Below are positions 49,643 to 63,589 of a stretch of 64,000 bases of DNA, in pieces. Location of the stretch: NCBI RefSeq assembly GCF_947568905.1, contig NC_079165.1, positions 31,310,001 through 31,374,000 of the forward strand, in the 5' to 3' direction. The notes beneath the pieces were generated by a model. The model was not told the DNA's origin, did no database searches, and saw only the letters and a list, made by a program, of their open reading frames with translations. Made by a program: the position numbers and the translations under genes. Each line of letters starts with the position of its first letter. Position 1 is the stretch's first letter. This DNA comes from Ostrea edulis (lineage: Eukaryota).

Positions 49643-52600
49643 ATGAGGCTAACCACAACTTTACTTAGACGAACAGACTATTGGGACAGATTTGTACATC
49701 GACTGGTCAGACAGACAATTGGACAAGGCCGGTACAAACCACTAAGGGGCTGGAAAGAATGGAACAAAGATTGGCATTTTACTAAATTTGGACCCACACA
49801 CCCAATAGAGCTGAGTTTAAATAGGATATTCCACTACAGGAAGAAACCAGAAGATTACATTCTGCCATACTATGAACCCTATATTTTTGAAAAAGACATG
49901 GTAAGTTAATTTTTTTATGTATTCCCTGCAATTGAATCGATTGTTGCAAAAACTTTAAATGAAATTTCCAAGGCTTGTATCCATAGCCTGAATGTGTTGG
50001 TAAGGAGGATATGCTATTTAATTCACCTGTACTAAAGCTCCATTAAGTTAATATCACCACTTGGTGTCAAGTGAAGAGACAGAATCATAATGTTTTTGAA
50101 GTAAAGTAAATATGTATAGAAGGTGTGACATATCAAACTATGAATCAAGGTCATTCGAACAAGGTCAAGGGCTAAGATTAGCACCTCTGTCAGTGATGGT
50201 TCTAAAAGGATTATTAATCGCACTCAAACATCTTTAGTGTCTTCGTACATGTATAAACTAGATAAAACTTTGAGGAGATCAATCTTTGTTTATTTTTCTC
50301 CTGTATAATATGTATTGCTTTAATTTGTGTATGTACTTATTTTTTACTTGTCAGGAATGATTTCCATTGTCTTTCTGTCTCAGGTTATGTGTATGGTCGG
50401 TAAAGACCGGGGTAAGATTGGAAGTGTGGCCCATGTGTATAGAGATGTCAATGAAGTGGTTGTGGAAAACATCAATGTGGTAAGTTTCTGAGCTGTGTTA
50501 ATAACTTAATAGATCAATTTTCATATGTTGATGGAAGGAAATAGTTTGTTAAACGTTCATGCTCGGAATAAGAAAATCATTATCATAGAGGTTTTATATG
50601 AATATACAGGGATTCAGATAAAGTATGCCTCTAATGTCTTCTGCTTTGTCGTGCGAGTTAAAACTCAACAAATCATTTATATCATATAGAAGGAGTGAAA
50701 ATTACTTTTAGTTCTGAAATATTTCAGTGTTACATAAGTTAATGAAAATCAAATAGTTCGGTTTAATGTTCTCACTTATATGATAGTAATAAAGATGCTG
50801 CGATTTTGTAGTTTCTATGGCAATAAGTTTTTATGTAAAAGTTTGCAAAGGAAGATGTTTATTTATTTTGATATTGTATAAAAACACAGGTAAAGTATAT
50901 GAAAATAAATTACAATTCTTTGAGGAGAAAAAATTGATTTACCTTGATTAAAAGACAAAAATATCATTATAAAATTTCAATTACATAAGTATACAGTGCT
51001 TTAAGTATGACATTGTGTGAATTAAAGAAGCTAGTAATGCCCAATAAGAAGAAGGCTGTAACTATACTTTGTGAATTACAGTGAAAACATGTGCTTACTG
51101 TTGTAGAGATATGAATTGATAAATGATATCCCCATCAGCAGACAAATCCCACTGAAAATTCCTGATGAGATCAAATTAGTTGACCCCACGGACAAGTACG
51201 TATTAATTCAGATTGTGACCTTATGATTTTGCATAGCCAACTTTGTACCTGTAATCTGCGATACACTGGTGTCCAATGAGTCATTGACTCTCATCAACTT
51301 AACACCCAGAAACAAGGTATAAACTTTATCAGTCTTGAGTTATGGAGAAATATGAACTTCTCAGACTCAATTCCAGTTGCCTGTGAGTGACAGGTTATTC
51401 AGTATATTAGCTTGGTCATTAGACAATTGGACTAACATGCCAGGAGGTTCAATTCTAGCCAAGCTTGACTCTTAGTTACGGTATCCCTCTCAATTGTCTT
51501 GCAGGCATCAGACTTGTTGCAAAACTTTCAATTGTGCAATGTACATGTATATAGAAACTGTACATCTATATATGGGGTTGTTGGCCACAAGTTTGGTGTC
51601 TGTGTGCAACAGTATTAGTTACTAAATGTATGGCATACCAACTTTCTGTTGAGCATGGGGTAGAGCATGGAGTTGAACTGTGTCAGAGATTCCATCCACA
51701 GCACAACATTGTGTATATAACAGCACTAGTTAGAAATTCACTGAGAACCAATTTAATAAAAGATCACCATCTCCACAATGCTTCATTCCACATTGTCCTT
51801 ATTAATCAAAGAGGTTTTTTTTTTTAAGCTTTTCACAGAAAAGCTTGAAAAGTTAATGAATCTGAAATATATCTCATTGATATTATTTTTGTGATAGGTC
51901 ACCAACAGACATTGTGTGGAGATATCTACAGGATGGATCTAGAGTTCGTGTCTCAAAGAAAACTGGCCGTATAATTCCCATTCCTGTGAACGAGGATCAG
52001 AAGACAATTGGAGATGAGATTGCTATAAATTCATATGCTGGTATGACTAGGAGTGTTGAAAAGGGGTCACCAATCTCCATGTTATTTTTTTTTTTTAAAT
52101 TGAGTACCAAATGACAAAAATTGTAACATTAAATTTGAGTATTTCATCTTTTTGCTGCCATTTGTATGTAAAATAGCAGATGATAAGTAATGGTTATCTT
52201 CTAGCATCCGAGTAATATTCACATTATCAAATACCGTATTTTGCCGAATATAATACGCACTTTTTTTAGAGAATTTTTTTGTGCCAGAAAGGGGTGCATA
52301 TTATATACCACAATAGGTTTTTGACCCTTTTTTCCGGATGAAACTCGGCGTTTAGTAGTGTAATATTTCACTCAAAGACCAAGGCTTCGGATACTGTATG
52401 TCTTTTCACGTTCACCTATTTAATAGCTAGAAAATTCAACCTCAAGAAAATTACTACAGAAACGGAAAATTGCAGAAAATGTGATACTTACAATATCTAA
52501 ATAATTCCATTATCATGAAACGGCCAATTAAATTGCATTGGATCTGACTATTCATCACATCGCATGCCGCCATTATCTAAAGCATATGTACACAATAATG

Positions 52601-55523
52601 CCTTGTCACGTGCATTATTTTTACAGACGGAACACTAATTATTTAGAGAACCCATTAAAGGGACTGACTCACGATTTTACCCAAAATTTTGTTTTTCACT
52701 TTTAATGATCAAAATCTACTGTCTAATGTGTTTGAAAGATTTTACATGAAAATTAAGGTTATACATTATCACAGAAGCTCATTTTAGAGAGTTTATTATT
52801 TGTTTTGTAAACAAAGATTGCGGTATGCTATTGTTTACGAAATTTTCAAAAGAAATGGATATCGATCTAAGTATTATTATATCTTTCACATTTCAAGCAT
52901 TTTTGGGGTGAAATGTGTCATCTAAAAGTTAAAATTTGTTACTATGCAAATTAAGATGCATTATATTGCAAAATCAATATTTCACTTGTTTGTTTGTTTA
53001 CATAAAAAGACTCGAGTCTTTGTTTACATAACACATATTTAAGGCTAAAATATTACGTTTATTCTTGCATTCAGAAGGTCAAAATTTTGGCTGTCAACAT
53101 TAAATGAGCTATATTTCTAATGTTTAACATCAAAAATGAAAAATATTTTTATCAAAAATCGTGAACCAGTCCCTTTAATGCCTTTGATCATAGTCATCAT
53201 AGTTAACGAGGAGTTGATAATTTGCACCTTTGTACCTACCATGGTGTGTTGATTACAGTAAAATAAGCGATAGTTTAATTGTGTAATTTTATTTTTATAA
53301 CATCGGCTATTTGATTGATTTTAACCCTTAGACTGCTACGCGCGACTTTTGTCGCGTTGTGTTTATCGGGCCGCCATTGCTGAGCGCAACTATGGTCGTT
53401 TTACATACCTGAGTGACTTTGGGGGATTTCCATTCGTCAAGGTTGTGTGACAACCCAAAATAAACTTGTAAAAATGTTTCTGATTGGTTACTTTATACGT
53501 TAGGAAACTTTATAGACTTTTTATTACAATACAATGACAAATACAGAGGCTTAATGTTAGGGGAAATATTTTGAATTGAAGTAAAATGGCGAATGTGAAG
53601 TATTTCAGTTTTTTAATGATGATAGCGATAATGGATCGGACTTTGAGGGCTTCAACCTTGCAGAAATACAAATTCAACAAAGGAAATATCGAGTCAGTTA
53701 AGACTTTAATGCTACAAAATCTCGTGCTTTGCTGAAATGAACAGGCTTGTCTGGGTTGATATTTCCCTGAAGATTCTCATTCAGTCATTGAAGATTACTG
53801 CGATGTAGACCTCATCTCAAAAAGTTTGCAAATTATTGTGCTTTGTTTAGAATTCATTATTTCTGCAAAAATATTAAGTGAAAATTACCACAAAGTATAA
53901 AATCAAGATTACCGCTTGGTCAAAATTTTTGCTGCGTATAATACACCCGAAGTGCGTTTTTTCACCAACTTTTAGGCTCAAAGTGGGGGGTGCGTATAAA
54001 ATACCACTGCGTATTATATTCGGCAAAATACGGTAGATGGGCGGTCCTTCTGTCACGAGTGCGCGGAGCGCACAAGTGAGAGAAGGACCGCCCATCTCTT
54101 TGATAATGTGAATTTTACTCGGATGCTAGAAGATGACCAACTTGTCACATACTTCAAAAGCTTCTCATTTTACATTTATTGAACCATACATTCAATACAA
54201 TGGTAGATTGTCATATACCATCGTCAGACTACACATGTGTATATAAAATTTAATACACTTTACCCGTAAAACAGAAAATTTACTATCCCTGTCAGTATCA
54301 ATCACATATTGGTGGCTTCATAAATAATTTTTCAGGAATTTTAATTCTATATATGTATTTGTACAAATGTTTTAAGAAAACATGTATAACACAAATATTA
54401 AAGTAGGAAAAGGATTAAAGACTTGCATTAGCAAACTCTTTATAAAATGAGAGAGAGGGGTATTTAACATTACTGACTGAAAAAAACGGTCACAGATATG
54501 TGTAATTCTGTTACATAACAATTCCTGTCTGCTTCAACGCCCATTATCAATGGGCGCACGCTTTACCTGTAAAACAGCAAAACTAACTTAACAAAAACTG
54601 ATTATCCCTGGCAGTATCTATCACATATTGGTGGCTGTATAACACAAATATTAAAGTGGGAAAAGGATTAAAGACTTGCATTAGCAAACTCTATAAAATG
54701 AGAGAGAGAGGGGGGAGAGAGAGAAAAACTATTTAACACTACTGACTGAAAAAACGGTCACAGGTATGTTTATACATGTATTTGTTACATAACATTTCTC
54801 GTCTGTTTCAATGCCCCAGACATTGATCGGCGCACGCTTTACCCGTAAAACAGCAAAAGTAACTTCCCGAAAACTGATTATCCCTGTCTTGTTTCTATTG
54901 TGTATTTCTGATGTTAGTACCGCCCATGTGATAACAAGGTGGGAGGAGCTTGTTTTATCACATATGCGATAACAAAACCCTGTTGATGATAACCAGATAC
55001 AATTCCTGAACAAAAAAAGAAAATCACTGTAAATATGTGACAAGAAAATCATACACAAATTGACAAAATCATTTTTATCAAGGTCTGAGGTGTCAAGAAT
55101 TTAGGACCAATTCAAAATTTTGCTCTTAGCCATGGATTATTTTGGTTTCCTTAAACAGTGTGATTATTAAAACACAGCTATAAGAATTATTCATTCATAT
55201 TTAAAAAACGAAACATCCCACATCATAATAATGCACATCCTATACACATATACAAAGTCTTCAGGAAAAAATAACTCTTTGTGACATAAAGTATAAAATT
55301 CTTTGTGCATTCTGGTGTATTTCTTGTCAAATTGCAGTCAGTGAGATACTATGTAGTGTGTAAGAGTGTATTTTCTTTTGCAGCCAACAAAGATAAAGAC
55401 ACAGTCAAAGATTTAGTGAACAAAGTGACATTCGAACCCAAATTAAAAACATTTGAACAGGATATAATGGATCAGATGGATATAAAGGAGGAACGTAAAT
55501 ATAGACCAACATTCTGGTACTAA
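49643..55523 (+). CDS. MRPL24: 39S ribosomal protein L24, mitochondrial (241 aa, 5 coding exons)
   Basis: Exons 49643-49900, 50384-50479, 51107-51195, 51898-52040 and 55384-55523 sum to 726 nt in frame. KOW motif VGKDRGKIG, VDPTDK, RVRVSKKTGRIIP, FEQDIM..TFWY; AATAAA at 55561. Confidence 0.93.
52234..54033. mobile_element. Tc1/pogo-like non-autonomous element with TA TSD
   Basis: ta|ccgtattttgccgaatataatacgca ... tgcgtattatattcggcaaaatacgg|ta. Confidence 0.8.
52659..53174. mobile_element. Kolobok-like MITE with TTAA TSD
   Basis: ttaa|agggactgactcacgattt ... aaatcgtgaaccagtccct|ttaa. Confidence 0.85.
54261..54890. repeat. Local tandem duplication, ~290-bp period
   Basis: ttacc.gtaaaacag at ~54261, ~54563 and ~54839 with shared downstream blocks. 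Confidence 0.7.
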
Positions 55524-56514
55524 ACAGTACTAAGAAGAAGTGCAACATATTCAAATACACAATAAATTGGGGGAAAACACACAATTTATCCTTGTTTTCA
55601 TTGAGGGTTAAATTCAGTTGGGATGAATGGCCTGCAGTGGGTATATTATGAATGATCCATGTTTATAACGATATTATTAAAAGTGTAGTCTTTTCAAACT
55701 CTGCTTCTAGGGTAAATAATGCCGAGTAGTAAATGAGATGTGTTGGGTTTCTGTTTGATCGTAGTGTGGTGCACAGGCCTGGATTTCTCGAAAGAAACTT
55801 ATGATGAAGGTTGGACTTAAGTCTGAGATTGTGCTCCAATTTTAATTGCTCAAATAAAAGAAATCTCAAACTTAAGTTTGAGTTTTTTTTGAGAAATTCA
55901 AGACAGCTTACTCAAAACCACTTGTAACAATGTTATTGTATTGCCCAATGATGATAGGAAGAACACTAGATCATCTGCTGACACAATATTATAGAAGTCA
56001 ATAAGGGAAAACTAAATATTAAAATTTTTAAAAAGACCAGCAAAATTTATTTGATAAAAATTAAAACCTAATAATTAAAAAACTGTTAAGGACAAGATAC
56101 GATTATAATCTACTGATTATAAAGTCTCCCAAATGAAGTATGGGCTGTATAAAAGTGGACATTTTCTGAGTACTACCATTTTCTCCCACATTAATAACTC
56201 CCTTGCACAAAATGCATGCCAATTTTAATTTTATTTAAAAATCTAGATCGCAAAGACCTTGCTTTTGGTAATTTTCGAAAAATCCCTTTGTTTTCTTTAG
56301 TAAAACTGGCATCACGTGACCTTGATCCAAGTTTGTAGGTCCCATCATCCTCTCATCATTTCTGAAGACCCAGTTCCCTATCAAACCTGGTTCTGAAGTT
56401 TTATCAGTTTATATATGTTCAAGGTAAGAGGTCAAGGTCACTGGAGTCTCTTGACCTAGATACTAATTTGTAGATCCCATCATCCTTTCGTTACTCATTT
56501 GATCCGAGTTTGTT

Positions 56515-58556
56515 GTCATGCGACGTCCATTGTGCATTGACAGTTGAACATTTTTAACTTCTTAATAACTACCATTCTAATTTTTTTCAAAGGTATTAAG
56601 CATCTTTGGGACCAGTGAGACGTAAATTTCAGGACTCATGAACTCCTGGGCTTTAGGGGCAGGGCAATAAGTGCCAAAAATTAACCAATTTTCAAAAATC
56701 TTTACAACTGCACATCTGTAAGAAAAACTAAATGCATAGCGATGTAGAGCAGGAACAGCTTTACCAAATTTGTAATTTTCATCATCCCTGGGTAGAGGTT
56801 TTTGACTCTAGGGTGGGGCCAAACTTAGTATATAGTATTTATGTTTAACTATTTAAATACATCTTTAATGCTATTGATACTAAATTGAAAGTAAAGAGAT
56901 ATCTAGAATGAGCAGGTAGCCCTTTACCAAAATTGTAAATTTCATGATCCTAGGGGGTAGGGGTTTTGGTATTAGGGTAGAGCCAATATGGAAAGTGATT
57001 AGATGTGTTGACAATTGAACACTTTTAACTCCTTTTTGATAACTACTATTCCAATTTTTTTAAATTTGGTATGAAGCATCTTTTGGACAAGGGCGACATA
57101 AATTGTAAATTTCAGGACTCCTGCCCCCCCCCCCCCTTCCGGAACCATAGGGACGGGGCAAAATCTGCCAAAAATTAACCAATTCTGCCAAAAATTAACC
57201 AATTTTCAAAAATCTTCTCTATAACTGCAAATCTCCAAGAAAATCTCTAGGGCGGGTCAAACTTGGTATATATATAGATGTACAGTAAAATTTCTCCAAA
57301 TCGGCCCCTCAGAAAACCGGTTCTCCCTAAATATCGACCGATTTTCAAAGTCCCGGCAGAAATCTTAACATTTCCTTACAAAGAAAGTCTTACAAAACCG
57401 GCCACCCCTGAAAACCGGACATCGGCCACTTTTTAAAGTAATTTGTGAACAAGCATGTGTAATTTACCCTTATCATGTCGGCCACTTTTTGAAGACAAGA
57501 AAAGTTTGGCCAGAGGGTGACAAGATTGTCCAGGTGTGCAAATTGACTGATGGACCGGCCAGGTGGAAAATTATCGACCGGAGGTGTGAAAAACACAAGG
57601 GGCCTCTTTGATTTCTATTGTTTACCTGTGCAGTCAAGGGTGTTAGTTGACACTTAGCTAATCCAAGTGACCCTTCCAAATCTGTACAAAATGTAAAAAA
57701 AAAAAAAAAAAAAACCAGTTAGGAACATATTGAATGAATACAATATCAAACGCCATATTGTTGCACCATTCTATTGTATGGATATAAGCAGTAGTTACAT
57801 GTAATAAAGAAAACAAACCCATGACTGTTAATGATAATTATTTTAAAAAGATAACTTAATTTTCTTTCAATAGACTTAAAATTCTCAAGAAATATTCAAA
57901 TAACAAATTTTTATTTACTACTGTACTTTTCAAAAACGTCAAAACAAATTTGTTAATGATATAAACGATGTGTGTGGACAGAGTTTTTATAGGTAAGAGG
58001 AATTCCAATAGGCCTCAGTGTTTTTGTGCATCGAAATCCTGTTGTAGATTTTCAGTTTAGATGACTTCAGTGAGAATATTTCTTATTAATTACACATGTA
58101 TAATTACCTGTAGGTACAATGTACAAGCGGACTAATTTGATCTCCGCCGATAATTGATCATAGACCACCAGAAGAAAGGGAACAGTACCTACTTTGTGAA
58201 TATTGAGATAAAATGGCTCCAAATGCTAAATTCTCGGTTAACCGGCCAACCCTCCAAACCGGTCATTTTTTCCGATGTCCGGTTTTCAGGGGTGACCGGT
58301 TTTATAAGACTTTCTTTGTAAGGAAATGTTAATATTTCTGCCGGGACTTTGAAAATCGGCCGGTATTCAGGGAGAAACGGTTTTCTGAGGGGCCGGTTTG
58401 GAGAAGTTTCACTGTAACTTCATATCCTTGAATATCTAATACTTTCATCAAAGGGTTACGGAGAAAAGCTGCGGACATTTTTAGGCGCTAGAAAGAAGAA
58501 TAATTAGAATCGAACAAAAACAGTAAGTCTCCTATCTTCGTTTTGGAGACTTAATA
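56515..58556. mobile_element. Helentron-like repeat element interrupted by a Tc1-like MITE
   Basis: Internal repeated blocks (aaaaattaaccaatt, aaattgtaaatttca); terminal hairpin taagtctcc...ggagactta. Confidence 0.5.
57283..58414. mobile_element. Tc1/mariner-like non-autonomous element with long TIRs and TA TSD
   Basis: ta|cagtaaaatttctccaaatcggcccctcagaaaacc ... ttttctgaggggccggtttggagaagtttcactg|ta. Confidence 0.85.
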
Positions 58557-59383
58557 AGTGACAACATTTGAGTTGGCATGACATAGTAACAGCAGTTGTG
58601 AGTAGTTCCATTACGTATATTAATCGTGTTACCCTTGTTTTGATTGTAAACTACTCTAGATACGGAATAATAATACACGATGCAATGCAAAATTTCTGTT
58701 CATTTGAAACCCTTTTCCTTAATTTGAATGGTCATGAAAATCATTTTAAAGTGAATTAGCGAAAACAGTTCTAATACATGTATTAAAAAAGTCACTAATG
58801 GAATAATTTCTACATTGAGGAGGGGGTGCACTTTGCTTACGTATGTGGTTCCATTCTTTTATAGTTACTAAATGATTCTTTTAGGTCAAAGATAATGTCC
58901 TCCGAACTCGTTGAAAAAAATATCCAAAGTATATTGCCTCATAATGATGATATAGATCAAGTTCTATGGCATTTTCAAAATTAAGCCCATTGTAACTTTA
59001 TGATCCCCTTGCAATTCATTGCGAAAGGGGATATTGTAAAGGAACCGTTTTTGTGTGGGTGAGTATGTCTGTTATAATGTTAGTGTGTCTGTAACACCGA
59101 ACTGATAGACACTCTATAAGCCACATTTTTTCATCGATTGATACGATACTTCACATGTAGCTTTGTTATCAAAAGAGGAAGAACCCTATCTGTTTTGAGG
59201 TTGAAAGCCAAGATCACTATGGGACTTCGTAGAAAAAGCTTGTAGACACTACTTGCAAAAGTATATGCCCCACCTTGCAGAGCTTTTGTTACTATTTTAG
59301 CTGTTTCAACCTTTTTCCCAAGGCTTTGCTATTTTCAGACGTAAAATACAAGCATGAAATAACTTATGTTTAACTATGAAAAA

Positions 59384-60620
59384 ATGAAGATAACGAACAG
59401 TGATCGATCTTATAATTCCTGTAAAGAATACAAAAGTGAGAGTTGGGCAAACACGGACCCCTGGACAGGCCAGAGGTGGGATCAGGTGTCTAGGAGGATT
59501 AAACATCTCCTGTTCACCGTTTACACCCACTGTGAGCCCTATATCTTTATGAGGTAAACGAAATAATCCGTAGTCAAAATTAGTATGTAAAGGACGGCCT
59601 ACAAATTGGTATGAAACACGTCAGATAGCATTCGACCCAGTTGCTTGTACTAGCAAATTATACCATCATAACGGCCATAAAACTTGCGAAAAGCTAACTG
59701 TAACATCAACATATTTGACAGTAACCTGCATCGATTTAAAAACTGTCATACGCAGAATATGCTCTTGCGTATCGAATCATTTGAGAGACATGCATACCAC
59801 ATACAGGTGATAATGGAATATTGCTACATAAAAATGGGAAGTTGACGATGGAGAAGCTGAAGTCATCCTGTTAGCCATAAAGTTGAGTTGTTAGTTTGCT
59901 GTTAACATCTGTGTTCAACAAAATATCCGAGTATGAAGCAGATGTGGAAGATCCTGTGGTGTTTCATCGGGATTTGTCGAATCAAAGTATGAATGAAAAT
60001 TATTGTTAATGAATAAAACGTCGTGATATATCTAAATGTCATGTTGAAGGCCACGGTAAGATATTTTATAGATAACTGATGGGGTGTTTTTTACTCAATT
60101 AAACACATAACACGGTTTGAGGAATTAGAATGGTCATTTATTACTAATAAATGACAAAGTATTTTGCCAAAAAATCATATAAAACAGTTAGAAAAATAAC
60201 AAACTAAAAACACAATACTGCAATTCATGCTAAGGAATTGTGACTAATAAAACATTACAAAAATGCCACAATCCTAAAAACTACAATATAAAAAATCATA
60301 AATACAATATTATGACTAGAAAAAACCTCAAGTTATAAGAGCAGATACTTTGGAAAATTGCATATACAAAAAATGTCAAAGATTGGGTATCTTCTGCCCG
60401 GTAATATATTTTTTCTGTTTAGGTAGAAGCTTTTGAACAAATTCTGCCTCGTAAGAATATCAAACGGGTCAGCTAAAAAAGGAGCACAGTTCATGTCCAT
60501 GGGAAGTCCAATAGCCTGTTGGAAGAACTTGATCACCAAAGACTACGTAGATATTATCATTGAGGAACTCCAGCATCTTTTAAATATCAATTTTAGAGTA
60601 CTTGTGTGTAGAATCGGAGT
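59384..60620 (-). mobile_element. Penelope-like (Naiad-type) fragments: 59384-60056 and RT motif region 60370-60620
   Basis: 3' UTR, FRYI.DV region and FQQAIGLPMDMNCAPFLAD (degenerate IPMGTNCAP). Confidence 0.8.
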
Positions 60621-61617
60621 GGTGTTTAACCAAATATTTTTATTTTTTTTTTGGATGACTGATCACAAGATATGAATATTTCTGTGTTCCATTTTTATGG
60701 AAGAAGCAGTTGTCTGTGATGCCGTAGACGCATAGACAGCGACGTTATGTCAATTACACACTAGCACTATGTATCTTTGAGTATCGCTATTGTTTGACTA
60801 CCAACACCCCAAAACCATTTATTGACTTTTTATGGTATGAAACCAAATAAATACATGAATTGGTATATCGTTCTGTACTCTCTGGTAATATGCTTCGGAT
60901 AAGCTACAATGTACTATCGGTATCGATTATTTAAAAAAATTAAATATTGGATATTGAAATTGCTTTCTTTTGAATCCTATGGTATTCGGAAATATAATAA
61001 AGTCGTTACAAAAATATTTTATGTGTGAAGTATTGACCAAAACCTTATACAAAGATTTTCTTTTATAGTGGTTTGTAGGAAAGCTTACTGTGCTCATTTT
61101 TGTAGGTTTTCGTGTGATAAAGCGAAACATTTGCATAATGATGTGAAAACTACTATAAAAGCAAAGTTTACATTTTGAACATTTAATTTAACAATGGACG
61201 ACGGACAATCAATATTTCTGGTTCTTCTTTTTTATAAGTGCATGTGAAAATAATGATTTGGACCCATTTGGAGTTTGCCTCCTTTTTATTTCATTTAAAG
61301 TATGCGAGTTTCAGGATGCGTCGATATCTACTTATGGTTTATAGACCTACAGTTAAATTTGTTTTCACCAAATTCCTATATGAATTGTTTTTGTAGCATA
61401 AATCACGTTTACCTTTGATATTATAATCGTTTTCCTGTCAACAAAGTTATGTGTTCGTATCGAGATTTTTTATACTAACCTTGCAATTCCTAGTACAGTT
61501 GTGCTTTGTTTGGAACATAGTTTATTGATCAAATCAAATGCATATTTCATACTGTCCAAATTTACATATACGATCTAAAACCGCTTGTAAACTACACCCG
61601 GTGCATACGAGAGTTCT

Positions 61618-61932
61618 CTGTAACAACACAAAATGTAATAACGACGCAAAATGTAATAAACTCAATTATTACAATTTGCGTTATTACATTTTGTTTTGAT
61701 CTCGAAGCAAAATGTAATAATTGCGCTGATGTCTTAAGACAATCGTTAATTCAATAAGAAAACGGTAACTCGATATTGATGTCATTAATTGATAGCACAG
61801 ATTTGATTTGATTCATTTAAAGCAGGTATCAATTCAAAATTAAAGATATTCAAAATTATATCTTCAACTGGACGCAAAATGTAATAACTGAGTTTGTATT
61901 TTTCGTCGTTACTACATTTCGCGTTGCTACAG
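61618..61932. mobile_element. MITE with subterminal aaaatgtaata repeats
   Basis: TIRs ctgtaacaacacaaaatgtaataacgacg / cgtcgttactacatttcgcgttgctacag. Confidence 0.7.
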
Positions 61933-62383
61933 ATTTCATCTCCTCGCGAAGTCTACCACTCCTGTGGTTGTCTTTCTTGACTAGTAACATGTAATTCTGG
62001 TCCCCAGAAGTCTGTTATGATCATCACTAATCATTTGTCGGTAACTAAATTGTGTACAAGAACTTTACTACATATCACTAATTCAGAATTCGAAATTATT
62101 CTTAAATCAACAGTCAACATTCAGAATGGGATTGGGTTTTAATAGTGCTTAAAATGTGAGAAGTGCATAAGGAGCAAATTCTGTGATCGAGAAACGCGAC
62201 AGTAAAATGTATATATTATTTTGTAGAGTATGCCAAATAGAAATATTTCATCAAGTGACATTCTGGAAAATATTCATTGATGTTAGTTGGGTAAGCTTGC
62301 TAAGGGGTTCAATTTTTTTCTCTTTGGGACGGGGGTCATAGAATCGTTAGCATTTTGTTGTTGGATTGGTGTTTTACAGTCGA

Positions 62384-62597
62384 AAAATGACTCCTCCCCC
62401 TGGGATATAGGAAAATGACTCCTCCCCTGGGATACCTGAAAATGACTACTCCCTCTAGGATATAGCAAAATGACTCCTCCCCCTAGGATATAGGATAATG
62501 ACTGCTCCCCCTGGGATATGGGAAAATAACTATTCCCCATGAGTTATAGAAAAATGACACCCCCCCCCCCCCCGGGATATAGGATAATGACTCCTGG
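62384..62597. repeat. Minisatellite, ~29-30-bp unit, about 7 copies
   Basis: aaaatgactcctcccctgggatatagg units. Confidence 0.9.
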
Positions 62598-63103
62598 TCT
62601 TCATTTTATCTGGAATATAAATATTTCCAGTCCCAATCATTATTTTTCGGAGTCCTTATTCTTTTTTTTTACACCCCTGATGTAACGTTAATGGAAACAA
62701 TCTTTTACCCTCAAACCAAGTCAATATGAAGTGCTTCACAGCTAGAACAGATTTAATGCAAACATCGAGCGGTACATGCAAATATTTCAAAATTCTATAG
62801 GGGTCTGTAGGAATTGGGGTAATTTATTTTTAATATGAGTAAATTATCTGTGATTGGGCCACAAATCTAAATAAAAGTCCATGTATCCCAAGATCGTGAA
62901 TTGAACTTTAACCGTGTCCCTTTAATCGACAGGACAATGCACACTTTGAATTACGCTCCAGTGGGCACAAGACTTGTCTGTTTTATATATATATAACAAG
63001 TACGAAATATAGAAGGGTTCGTGTACTCAAATACCGGTATATTTTATATTTGGTTTCTGGTACGCCAGACAGTTAAAATTAAAACCTTGATGAAGAAATT
63101 GAC

Positions 63104-63589
63104 ATGACAGACCAGGACAAAAAAGTCACCCCTAAGGTTTGTACTTCTACATATTCATTTGGGGAACCTTTATCTTTCTATTTTCAGATGACAGAGAGGA
63201 TTGCGAAAATCTTTTGTAAATAGGAGATATGGTGTATGCTTTGTTTAGGGCATGTTAATTGTGTATTGTATAACATGCTCTGAATAGTCAAGTGCGCGAG
63301 GAATACATGTTGTAATGAATAATTATTTTATTTTATGAGACGAAAGTTGGGCAATATTATCCAAGAAAACAAATAGTTTCAATAAAACAATTAACCTTTA
63401 ATCAAAAACTGTGTGTGTAGTACCGGGTGTTTCATAATCATTTGATATTCGAACTTGTCTTTGCAGCACACAGTCCAAACTCGGATCGTTTTCCTTAAGT
63501 TAAGCGACATTGACACTGTCAAAGAGCAGTTTGCTGCTGAAGTTTTCATCGAAAGCAGATGGCCAGAAAAATCTCTGGATCATGGAAAG
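63104..63589 (+). CDS. 5' exons of a pentameric ligand-gated ion channel-like gene; continues beyond the window
   Basis: Exon 63467-63589 (phase 0-0) encodes HTVQTRIVFLKLSDIDTVKEQFAAEVFIESRWPE, matching LGIC beta1-beta2 strands. Likely start exon 63104-63136 encodes MTDQDKKVTPK. Confidence 0.7.

Larger units (their letters stand above)
52192..54138. mobile_element. Palindromic MITE expanded by nested insertions (MRPL24 intron 4)
   Basis: Arms ggttatcttctagcatccgagtaatattcacattatcaaa / tttgataatgtgaattttactcggatgctagaagatgacc. Confidence 0.75.
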
